Below are positions 18,494 through 26,855 of a stretch of 64,000 nt of DNA, in pieces (the stretch's first letter is position 1; each line of letters opens with the position of its first letter). The DNA comes from a virus. The stretch lies in the IMG/VR virus record IMGVR_UViG_3300042389_001027, positions 1 through 64,000 of that record. One strand, given 5' to 3'. Both the position numbers and the translations under genes were made by a program. The notes below the pieces were generated by a model. That model was not told the DNA's origin and did no database searches. It saw only the letters and a program-made list of their open reading frames with translations.

Positions 18494-18826
18494 CTACTTT
18501 GCTGCAGCCCATTCGCGTGCTGTTTGTAGTGACTTGTTCGCTCCATCAGAGCCAATTTCAAAAAAATCTGATGGGTTAGGGGTGTAGCCGTTTGATTCCC
18601 AATATTTTCCTAGAGACATGTACGCAATTTCTTCGTAGTCATCTTTTGAGGACGCTTTTGACAGTCTGTCAACTATACCATTCAGGTATTTCTTTGTATC
18701 CTCATCTGTTTTCGGATTGACCATTATGTTGACTTTACTATTCTGAATAGAGACGACCGAGCGTGGGTCTTTAGCCTTCTGTGTATCGTCTGAAAAGTAA
18801 CTAACGTAAATTCCATCTTCGTGCAT
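18494..18826 (-). CDS. Small protein downstream of the kinase effector (candidate immunity protein)
   Basis: 110 aa; starts 2 nt after the upstream stop; GGAG RBS. Confidence 0.65.
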   Translation of the reverse strand: MHEDGIYVSYFSDDTQKAKDPRSVVSIQNSKVNIMVNPKTDEDTKKYLNGIVDRLSKASSKDDYEEIAYMSLGKYWESNGYTPNPSDFFEIGSDGANKSLQTAREWAAAK

Positions 18827-18828
18827 TT

Positions 18829-21552
18829 TTACTCCCGTGCTGCCTGTGCAAGATTGCGCAATGTCAATCGCATATTATTCGCGTTACGTGTCACTTTATC
18901 TGCAGGTACCCCAACATCCCGCCAATGACGTTTTTGTTCTGCGACGATATTGTCTATTTGTGCATCAGAAAGGTTACGGAAATTCTGGCGTATTTGCGGA
19001 GAACTAACACTTGCCCATATTCTTCGCGCATTTTCAACAGTGCGCTCTGGAATGATTCCGTTTCCTGCAGGGAGAATTCCGTGGTCAATTGGTAGTTTTT
19101 GGTCTCCAGCCCACATGTAGTTATTTGAGTGCCTGTCACCGTTACCCAGAACTGCGTCAATGAAATCTACATGCTTCGCTGCTTCACGGTCTGGGCTGTT
19201 AGGTCTATCCCTACCTTCTCTGACCTCCATGCCGTGGACGTCGCCAAAATGCTCAACGAGGATGCTGTGGTTTTGTGTTGCGCCTCTACCACGTGCGCGA
19301 CCTTCTGCGTTCTGTCTCTGTTCGCGCTGTCCAATGATGCGGACTCGCGCCATTGGACGTCCTGCTAACTGACCAATGATTCCCGCATACTGTTCGCCCA
19401 CAGCCTCATCCTGAACAAATGAAGGCGACTTCATGATATAGCGTTTGCCAGTAACTTGGTCAATGACAACGTATGTTTTGTTCTGTACGTTAGCCATACC
19501 TCTGTTGTTGATTCCGTTGCTTGGGTCGCCCTTCAATTGGAATCGCTTACCATTTAGCGGCTCACCTGGCATTGCTGCGTTATCAAATATTGCTTGTTTG
19601 ACAAGCATGTCTGGAACATCGTCTAGCGAGCCACCATTTTTTACATGAAGTTTGGCATCTGCGGCGTTATTTATGCCATTAGCCCCAACGGCGACGTGGT
19701 CAGGAACTAGTACGCCATCAACAACCTTATGACCCATTTTTTGATTGAACCGCTCAGGGCTGTTGCCGTGAATTCCAGCATTGGGTGAGCGAACGTCCGA
19801 AGCATTAAGCCCTTGTCCAGCCTGCGGTGCGCCACGACCTCGTCTTGGGCGACGAGGAGCAGGAGCGGGTGGAGCAGGAGCGGGTGCGGCTTGTTCGCCC
19901 AAAATTCTCTCCAATTGAGCAATTCGCGCATCACGATTGCCACCAGGCACATTCTGGTCACGGTCTTGGCGTAGTTGATTCAGTTCCTCACGAAGTCCTG
20001 CTTCTTCAGATGGCGTGAACTGTCGTGCAGGAGCCTTTGGTTTACGAGGGGCATTAGGTTGCACTGCTTCTGGTTGGTCAGCAGGACGAGGACGACGATT
20101 TGCTGGACGACGACCATTCTGTCCTGCGGCACCTGTGCGCCGTTGACGACCAGCATTGGGTCGTGGGCGTGGTGCAGGACGAGGTGCTGCGGGGGCTGCT
20201 TCAGGAGCATCGGGATTACGGTCGCGCCATGCTTGCTCTACAGCGGGTCCGTGAAAACGTTCCCACTCTTCGCGACGCAAGAACCCTGCACGTCCGCCAC
20301 GCTCACGGATGCGACGCACTTCTGCCTGATGTTCGTTGTATTTACGAAGTTTGTAGTCGTCTAAAGATTCGCGTGCTGCAGGTGCTCCAGCAGGTACGGG
20401 AACGTTGCTGACATTGTCGCGTGGTGCGGGGGCTGGTCGTTGTGCTGCAGGACGGGCAGGGCGAGGGTTTGCTGGACGACGTGGTGCGGCAGGGCGAGGA
20501 CGAGCCGCAGGACGCGTTCCGCCTCCGACGGGCATGACTCTTCCATTTTCATCAAGCATTCCGCCTAATTGCGGACCTGTGCGTTCCGCACCAGGGCGAA
20601 CAAGTTCGCGTTCCATACGACGCGCTTCGGAATCGCGGAGACCATTACCTCGCCTATTCCGTGGTCGTGCCGCTGGGGCTGCCTGTCCACGACCCCTATC
20701 TGGGTCGGCAACTTCTGCTAGTCGGCGAGCAGCACGCTCAACCCGACCGACAGGTTTTACTGTGTCTGCTTCACCAACACGTTGGCGTCCACCTCGTTGG
20801 CGTCCACCCATTCCAGTGAAGTCAAGAGCATCGCCGACGGCACGGGCTCCACGCTCAATTGCTCCGCCTTCGGCAAGACGACGAGCCATGCGCTCATTGC
20901 GCCGAGCAACACGCCGTTCGCGTCGGCGGTCACCAACATTTTCTAGCCGTTCTCCAAGGTCGGAGATTTCATTAGCAAGCCGCCGAGCAACACCCCAGCC
21001 ACAGTTGCGTCCGAAGCGGTCAGTGATTTGTCCGCCGTAACGTGTGCCAACTGGGCAACGGAAGCCGCCGCGACGTTCTGTTCCTGGTACGGAAAGCGAT
21101 GCGTCCCAAACGGCACGAGTGCGCTTTACCTCGTAACTAAACGAAGACTTGTTTTGGTCGGCAATGAACGCAACTGCTTTGTATTCAACTGCGTTTCTCC
21201 ACATTTCCGTAGGGAACTCCAGCAATTGGATATCCATAAGAGATACGACGGGAACAAGGCTTGCCTCATTCCCGTGGGCATCCTTTTTTTCTGGCTGTTC
21301 CGTCTTGGATGCACGATTCTTGATTTCCTCAACCAAAGAATCGCTTACAGATACTTCAACCGACATTGAATTATCAAGTGTCACGGTGAGTTGTTCGCGT
21401 GTAATTTTCTTTCCAGCGAACTCTTCTGTCATCCATTTTGCCCACGATTTGGCACCATTTACAGCAGGGAAAAATGTTGCACCTTCAGCGGAAAGTTCCA
21501 CCAGAGCGTACGGTTTATTTTCTCTGTCTTTGACCAAAAATCGTGATGCCAT
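18829..21552 (-). CDS. Large head-module protein: Cys module + R/P/A-rich linker + HipA/PI3K-like kinase domain
   Basis: RCPVGTRYGGQITDRFGRNC; kinase motifs YIMK, EAVGE, DAVLGNGDRHSNN, PIDHG. Confidence 0.8.
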   Translation of the reverse strand: MASRFLVKDRENKPYALVELSAEGATFFPAVNGAKSWAKWMTEEFAGKKITREQLTVTLDNSMSVEVSVSDSLVEEIKNRASKTEQPEKKDAHGNEASLVPVVSLMDIQLLEFPTEMWRNAVEYKAVAFIADQNKSSFSYEVKRTRAVWDASLSVPGTERRGGFRCPVGTRYGGQITDRFGRNCGWGVARRLANEISDLGERLENVGDRRRERRVARRNERMARRLAEGGAIERGARAVGDALDFTGMGGRQRGGRQRVGEADTVKPVGRVERAARRLAEVADPDRGRGQAAPAARPRNRRGNGLRDSEARRMERELVRPGAERTGPQLGGMLDENGRVMPVGGGTRPAARPRPAAPRRPANPRPARPAAQRPAPAPRDNVSNVPVPAGAPAARESLDDYKLRKYNEHQAEVRRIRERGGRAGFLRREEWERFHGPAVEQAWRDRNPDAPEAAPAAPRPAPRPRPNAGRQRRTGAAGQNGRRPANRRPRPADQPEAVQPNAPRKPKAPARQFTPSEEAGLREELNQLRQDRDQNVPGGNRDARIAQLERILGEQAAPAPAPPAPAPRRPRRGRGAPQAGQGLNASDVRSPNAGIHGNSPERFNQKMGHKVVDGVLVPDHVAVGANGINNAADAKLHVKNGGSLDDVPDMLVKQAIFDNAAMPGEPLNGKRFQLKGDPSNGINNRGMANVQNKTYVVIDQVTGKRYIMKSPSFVQDEAVGEQYAGIIGQLAGRPMARVRIIGQREQRQNAEGRARGRGATQNHSILVEHFGDVHGMEVREGRDRPNSPDREAAKHVDFIDAVLGNGDRHSNNYMWAGDQKLPIDHGILPAGNGIIPERTVENARRIWASVSSPQIRQNFRNLSDAQIDNIVAEQKRHWRDVGVPADKVTRNANNMRLTLRNLAQAARE

Positions 21553-23768
21553 TACGCAATCCCTACTAATTTATTGAATGTCGTTTTTTGTTTTTGTATA
21601 GCGTCTTTCCGTGAAGAGAAAATCTTTTTGATTATCTCTAGGTGACGCTTCTCGCCATCTGACAGATTCCCGTCAATAGATAGGCGGCTTACGTACTCGT
21701 CCCAGTTGAATGCTTCTAGTTTTTTAAACAGGTCGTCAACAAGGCTTGCCAACATTTTACGCTCAGATTCAGATGCGGACGAGAAGGTATCCACATAAAG
21801 GCGGGCGCCTCTTTCGTCCATGTATTCAGGGAGGTCAATCTTGAATCGTTTAGCAATATCAGCAGCGGATAGTCCTGCTGCGTTAGACAGTTCATTACTG
21901 CTTGGAATGACTGTAACGCGGGAGCCGTCACGTGCTGGGATGAGGGTTGCAGGGGAACGGTCACGCCTGTCGGTCATGAAGTCAGCAATGGCGGCACGCA
22001 TTATGTCGCCCTTGTTGACCTTTGACATGTCAATAGATGAATCAAAACGTGTTTCGCCCTGATTGATGTCAGACATAATCAGGTCACGCTTAGAGGCATT
22101 GCCACCAATCTTTGTTGTCGGCATCTTCAGACCCAAATGTGCCGCAATATCTGAATAAACTTTTTCCGAAACCGAACCATTAGGTACCGTTTCTGGAATC
22201 TGGATGACAGTCTTGCCGCTTCCTGCTTGATGCTTGATGACACCAGTACCAAGAGAAGACGACTCATAAGACTTACTGCGTTTCAGTGCATCAGAAATAA
22301 ACTCCGATGGGATATCAAACGGGTCACCGCCATTATCAAGAAGTTTAATTGAATCCGCAAGAGTCTTGGGGTTGTCATTCTTTGACGTGGCATCTTCCCT
22401 AACCGTTGAGGTTTCCGACATGGCGGTTACTGGCTTCTTAGCCTTACCTTTGCCGTTTGACATAAATGTCTCATAGACCCAGCGCCGAACCTCAACCTTG
22501 CCGCCCTTTCCGTTATCCACGGAAATTACGTCATTGGGTTTTTCCACATTTGGGAATTTTTCTGTGTATTTAAATGCACCATTGGAAGCGTTTGCAAAAT
22601 CACGAATGTTGTTTCCGACATCAAATTGGTCGCTTTCGCCTGCAACGCGGTTCAACTGTCTGCCGAATTTGCGGCGCTCTCCGACAGTCAGGTCTCGGGC
22701 ACGCTCAATTGTCAGGGTAGAGCCGTTAGACATCACATACGTGACTTGACGGACAGCAGCACCTGAAAGTAGTGCTAAGTCATCACCGACAATGTCTTTA
22801 GGTAGTTGGATTGGGCGAATCATTACTCCGCCATCCATGTCGGAGTTTCCGCTGAATTTGCGCAGAACCGATGATGGAACAATCGGCTTAAGCACTACAC
22901 CGTCACGACGGATTAATCGTCCTTCTGTTGTTGGCGCTCCAGTCACTGTGCGAATAGACGCTTCAACTGCTTTGATGCGCGCATTCGGGTTATCTGCTCC
23001 AGTTCGTGGAATTTGCGCCATACGGAGGATTGATGCCGTGTTGTTGGTTGTTCCTGCCGTAACAACTTGTGAAAGGCTTTCCGCGCCCTGAACTCGTGGA
23101 GTGCTCGGCTTGGTTGCCAAGCGTCGTGCCGTACCTATAGCCACACCAAGAGGTGTAGGGATGTCAAACAATTGTGCGCCACATGTTGAATAACGCTCAT
23201 CAGTGAATCGCCCACCGAATTGGAAACCAGCAGGGCAACGGAATCCGCGAGTTGGCTTTGGTGTTACGCGACGAATGCGCCCTAAACCAAGGTTGCCGCC
23301 AGGAATTAGTGCTCCGTATACCCGTGAGCGGATTGGGCTGCGTACTGCTGATAGGTCGCCAGGGAGGGCGATTGTTCCTGCCGCCTGAATGTTTTGCCCG
23401 ACTGCTCCGCTGCTCCCGATAAGACCAACCTTTACGTGGACATTACTGCCTACGCGAGACTTTGTTGGGGTTGAGAACAGTGCGGCTTTGAAGTTGAGTA
23501 GGTTGCGACTCTCGGAAGACAGAGGGGACATGAGGGCAGCCGAAGAGCCTTTGATGAATGGCTCAAAGTGACGCTTTGGTTCTCCAATTTCACCAGTTTC
23601 GGTTACTTTTGTTCGTAGAACTTTTGATGAATGTTGCTTTTTTGTTACGTTACGAACAATGTAGCCATCGCCATCGGATATATTGCGAGTGAATGACGCG
23701 TCTTTACGGAGGACAGGACGTTGATGTCGCAAGAAACTCTGTATTGAGGATTTGCTGTCAGCGTTCAT
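21552..23768 (-). CDS. Large head-module protein: Cys module + degenerate HipA-like (pseudo)kinase
   Basis: RCPAGFQFGGRFTDERYSTC; shares the GGxPxD[IV]P pre-kinase motif with its neighbour; catalytic motifs replaced by DFMTDRRDRSPAT and IPSSNE. Confidence 0.7.
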   Translation of the reverse strand: MNADSKSSIQSFLRHQRPVLRKDASFTRNISDGDGYIVRNVTKKQHSSKVLRTKVTETGEIGEPKRHFEPFIKGSSAALMSPLSSESRNLLNFKAALFSTPTKSRVGSNVHVKVGLIGSSGAVGQNIQAAGTIALPGDLSAVRSPIRSRVYGALIPGGNLGLGRIRRVTPKPTRGFRCPAGFQFGGRFTDERYSTCGAQLFDIPTPLGVAIGTARRLATKPSTPRVQGAESLSQVVTAGTTNNTASILRMAQIPRTGADNPNARIKAVEASIRTVTGAPTTEGRLIRRDGVVLKPIVPSSVLRKFSGNSDMDGGVMIRPIQLPKDIVGDDLALLSGAAVRQVTYVMSNGSTLTIERARDLTVGERRKFGRQLNRVAGESDQFDVGNNIRDFANASNGAFKYTEKFPNVEKPNDVISVDNGKGGKVEVRRWVYETFMSNGKGKAKKPVTAMSETSTVREDATSKNDNPKTLADSIKLLDNGGDPFDIPSEFISDALKRSKSYESSSLGTGVIKHQAGSGKTVIQIPETVPNGSVSEKVYSDIAAHLGLKMPTTKIGGNASKRDLIMSDINQGETRFDSSIDMSKVNKGDIMRAAIADFMTDRRDRSPATLIPARDGSRVTVIPSSNELSNAAGLSAADIAKRFKIDLPEYMDERGARLYVDTFSSASESERKMLASLVDDLFKKLEAFNWDEYVSRLSIDGNLSDGEKRHLEIIKKIFSSRKDAIQKQKTTFNKLVGIA

Positions 23769-24225
23769 GTAGTGCTGTCCTTAGTCGTTGTTGTTCAGTT
23801 TTTACCTGACCATACTTTTCAGTATTTGGGTTAGGTGATACAGAAGATTGGGCTGCTTCCTTGCCGTACAAATCTTCTGGCTTTATCCCTACACTGGCAA
23901 GGATATCAGGGCTTATGGGCTCGGAGCGGGTAGAAAACATGGCTATCCATTTTTCCATTGGCATCTTGTCGGAGCGTGTCTTCATTTCCCAGAATTGTTT
24001 GTGAAATTCTGTTGTGTCAATCAGTCGCCATTCGTCAAGTTTTGACTGAATTCCACCATCATTTAGGTGAAAGTATAAAGGGTAAACTTTAATCGGTGTA
24101 TCTACGCCATTCTCGGAAAAATAGCCGTCATAGTTCTGAGACTTTGGTTTTAAGCAGGTGTAGATGATTGCTTTACCGACTACCGCAACTGGTATGGGAA
24201 ACTCTTTTTTGTCAATCATTGTCAT
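23758..24225 (-). CDS. Small protein downstream of the DUF3626-like effector (candidate immunity protein)
   Basis: 155 aa; ATGA overlap with the upstream stop. Confidence 0.65.
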   Translation of the reverse strand: MTMIDKKEFPIPVAVVGKAIIYTCLKPKSQNYDGYFSENGVDTPIKVYPLYFHLNDGGIQSKLDEWRLIDTTEFHKQFWEMKTRSDKMPMEKWIAMFSTRSEPISPDILASVGIKPEDLYGKEAAQSSVSPNPNTEKYGQVKTEQQRLRTALHER

Positions 24226-26618
24226 GTCACCGATTCATTCGGGTCGTACGGGCGAGACGCCCACTCAATTTCCCGACGAGTATCCTCTAGCAACTTTGTG
24301 CGCAGGCGTCCTCCCCAAATATCGGCGATACGGTCGCCCGCCTTACCGCCGTTGTATTTCGTGGGGTCGCCTAAATCAAGACCATCGTAGGAGCCGAAAA
24401 TAACTTTAACATGCGGTGCCTTTTCCTGAACCAATGAGGTAATGCGCTCCATCTCCATCGCCATAATGACCCCGTCAAGTTCCTTGTTCCCAATTGCCGA
24501 AGCCTGATTTCTTCCCTTATTACCTTCAGCGTTTTGTGTTTTCCAGCCTGAAATTTTTGCACGCGCAACTTCTATTTCACCCATTGTGAAACCTGCTGCA
24601 AGTAATTGCTCCGTAGAAAGGTGCTGGTCTTCAATCTTTTGAACTAGTTCTGTGCCGTCTACGCCGTCAGGGTTGAACTGGTCTTTATATGTTGGGAACA
24701 GTCTCGTTGCATCAAATTTCACTGCTTTGATGTCTTTGGCAGTGAATCCTCCCAAGATTTGTGATTCTGTATATTGACCATTTTCGTTCAGTCCATCTTT
24801 GCCCAAACCTGATGATTTATTCCAATTAACAAAATCTTGTGTTACGTGGGTTCGCAGTAGGCGATTAATATTGTCGTTTACGTCACTGTCGCCCAAGTGA
24901 CCTACGATTGCTTCAACAAGTTCCTCGTCCGAGGAACCAACTGCACCCGTACCTCTTGCTTGGTTGAGGATGCTGTCCTTGTGGTGTACTGCCGTTCTGT
25001 CTGCTACTTCTGCGTGGAGTACAAATTCCATGTCTCCATAGCCGATTCCGTCACCAGCAAAAGCACCCTCAAAACCGCCAATGCCTCCGCCTCCCTTCCC
25101 AGGGATGGTTAGGTAGTGGTCTGTACTGAACAGTTGTTCGCCTTCTTTGGCGTTCTTTTCATCTGTGATTCGCTTTAATTCATCATCCCAGAATGTGAAA
25201 CCACTAAATCCGTACACAGGGCGGACACCAGAACCCCATTTCGCCCCAACGCTGGCTTCATACTGTCCACGGTTACCAATTAACCCCGTTAAAGCATCGC
25301 CAACTTGGTCATCCTTTTTGACTTCCGCTGGGAGGTAGCCGTCCGTTAGGTATGCATCTAAATGCATTCCCTTCGCCCATACCGACGCTTCAGGTTTGCG
25401 TGCTTTCGCAATTGTCAATGCAGTCTGTTCAATCGCTGCAATTACTTCATCATCTGTATGAGTGAGAATAAACTCATGTGTTTTAGGGTCTATTACTCTG
25501 TCAAACGGGAAACCGTTTTCATCTGTTTGTGCGCCTGATTCAATCATGCGACGAAGGTTGGAAACCTTGCTCGCCATGATTCTTCTACGCTCGTCCTGTC
25601 GTTGTTTTATTGTCAGCAGGTCTTTACTGCCGCCATAGATGCCAGAATCATTAATTTCTTTAACATCTTCATCTGTCGTTTTGCCCCACTTTGGAGCCTT
25701 GGCAAGAATCTTGTCATTAAACGCTTTAATTGCATCTGATGTTTCATGCCCTGCTTTTGGCAAGTCGCGCAAATCTGAAGCATTTGTTGCTGTATCCACC
25801 GCTCCGACAGCACGGTCAACACTAGTAGGCTCATTGACTTTTATGCCTCGGATTCTATCCTTGAATGAACCCATGGTATCTCTTAGGGAATTCTGCAATG
25901 TTGCAGAAAGTTCTCCAGCGCGAACATTCATTCTCTTCATTCGCTCCAAGAATGCGTCTTGATACTCGTTAACCTGCTCGCGTGTTTTGTTCCACTTATC
26001 TTTAGCGTTTTCTAGAGTCATCTTGAGTGCAGCAGCACCACCGCTTACGTATATCCCCGTAAGCATTTGGATGCCTTCCATCTGGTCAGCGTCACCAATC
26101 CCCGTTGCTACATCATTTATGACGGTGCCCAAATCACCGAAGTTGCCGAAGAAGGTAGCCCAGTAGGCTGAATTTAAAACGATTTTCCCAATAAGATTTT
26201 TTTGGTCTTGAGATAACCCCTGTTTTTCAAGAGAGGCATCTATGTCAATACCGAGCGCCTTAAACTCTGCAATCGTTTCAGGTGAGTTTCTATTTGGCAA
26301 CAGACTAGAAGCAGCATTAGCAGTAGCCTGAGCAACGGTTTCGGCACTTGGAACCATGCAGTTAGACATTTGCATGTCAGTGAACTGGTTAGCGTTCGGT
26401 GTTCCTGGTGGACACCTCATCTTCCCATTCTCGTCAACGATGATTCCTGCACGGCGAGCAGCATGATGCCCGACAGATGGCAGTTTTCTATCTTCACGAA
26501 GAGACGGTCCAAGAAAACCTTTGACCATCACATCTTCACGGATAGCCGAAATAGAAGAGGTGAGACTCTTTACACGCTCGTTTGCTATGTCAGGGAGTGA
26601 CCTCATAGTCACGGGCAC
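24222..26618 (-). CDS. Large head-module protein: Cys module + DUF3626-like (putative ADP-ribosyltransferase-fold) domain
   Basis: RCPPGTPNANQFTDMQMSNC; RxxYE, RPVYG, YGDMEFVL..VADRT..DS, YTESQILGG..KDI; GGAGG RBS. Confidence 0.7.
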   Translation of the reverse strand: MPVTMRSLPDIANERVKSLTSSISAIREDVMVKGFLGPSLREDRKLPSVGHHAARRAGIIVDENGKMRCPPGTPNANQFTDMQMSNCMVPSAETVAQATANAASSLLPNRNSPETIAEFKALGIDIDASLEKQGLSQDQKNLIGKIVLNSAYWATFFGNFGDLGTVINDVATGIGDADQMEGIQMLTGIYVSGGAAALKMTLENAKDKWNKTREQVNEYQDAFLERMKRMNVRAGELSATLQNSLRDTMGSFKDRIRGIKVNEPTSVDRAVGAVDTATNASDLRDLPKAGHETSDAIKAFNDKILAKAPKWGKTTDEDVKEINDSGIYGGSKDLLTIKQRQDERRRIMASKVSNLRRMIESGAQTDENGFPFDRVIDPKTHEFILTHTDDEVIAAIEQTALTIAKARKPEASVWAKGMHLDAYLTDGYLPAEVKKDDQVGDALTGLIGNRGQYEASVGAKWGSGVRPVYGFSGFTFWDDELKRITDEKNAKEGEQLFSTDHYLTIPGKGGGGIGGFEGAFAGDGIGYGDMEFVLHAEVADRTAVHHKDSILNQARGTGAVGSSDEELVEAIVGHLGDSDVNDNINRLLRTHVTQDFVNWNKSSGLGKDGLNENGQYTESQILGGFTAKDIKAVKFDATRLFPTYKDQFNPDGVDGTELVQKIEDQHLSTEQLLAAGFTMGEIEVARAKISGWKTQNAEGNKGRNQASAIGNKELDGVIMAMEMERITSLVQEKAPHVKVIFGSYDGLDLGDPTKYNGGKAGDRIADIWGGRLRTKLLEDTRREIEWASRPYDPNESVT

Positions 26619-26629
26619 CTCCCGGTGAA

Positions 26630-26854
26630 CTATTCGGCGTCTGCTGCTGGTTCTTCTGCGGTGACCTCAGGGGCAGCAACTTCCACTACCTCAACTGGGG
26701 TTTCTTCTGTCGCGACCGCTTCAGCCTTCTTGCTTGCGCGCTTTGACACCTTTTCAACTGCTGGCTCTTCTGCGGGCTTGACGGCTACTGGCGCTTCAAC
26801 TGATTTGTTGGAAACAATGAATCCAGCCTCGTTAGGTTGATTTGCTTTCTTCAT
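26630..26854 (-). CDS. Small acidic low-complexity protein
   Basis: ATG 26854 immediately after the upstream stop; E/A/V/P-rich. Confidence 0.6.
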   Translation of the reverse strand: MKKANQPNEAGFIVSNKSVEAPVAVKPAEEPAVEKVSKRASKKAEAVATEETPVEVVEVAAPEVTAEEPAADAE

Positions 26855-26855
26855 C

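Noticed and set aside
18487-18561. N-terminal 25 aa of the 970-aa ORF call
   Set aside because: They overlap the upstream small gene; ATG 18486 has an RBS and aligns with the paralogue's YKA motif.
17550-20700. GC-rich GCAGCA/CGACG quasi-repeats as a DNA repeat array or CRISPR
   Set aside because: They are irregular and explained by the Arg/Pro/Ala-rich coding linkers.
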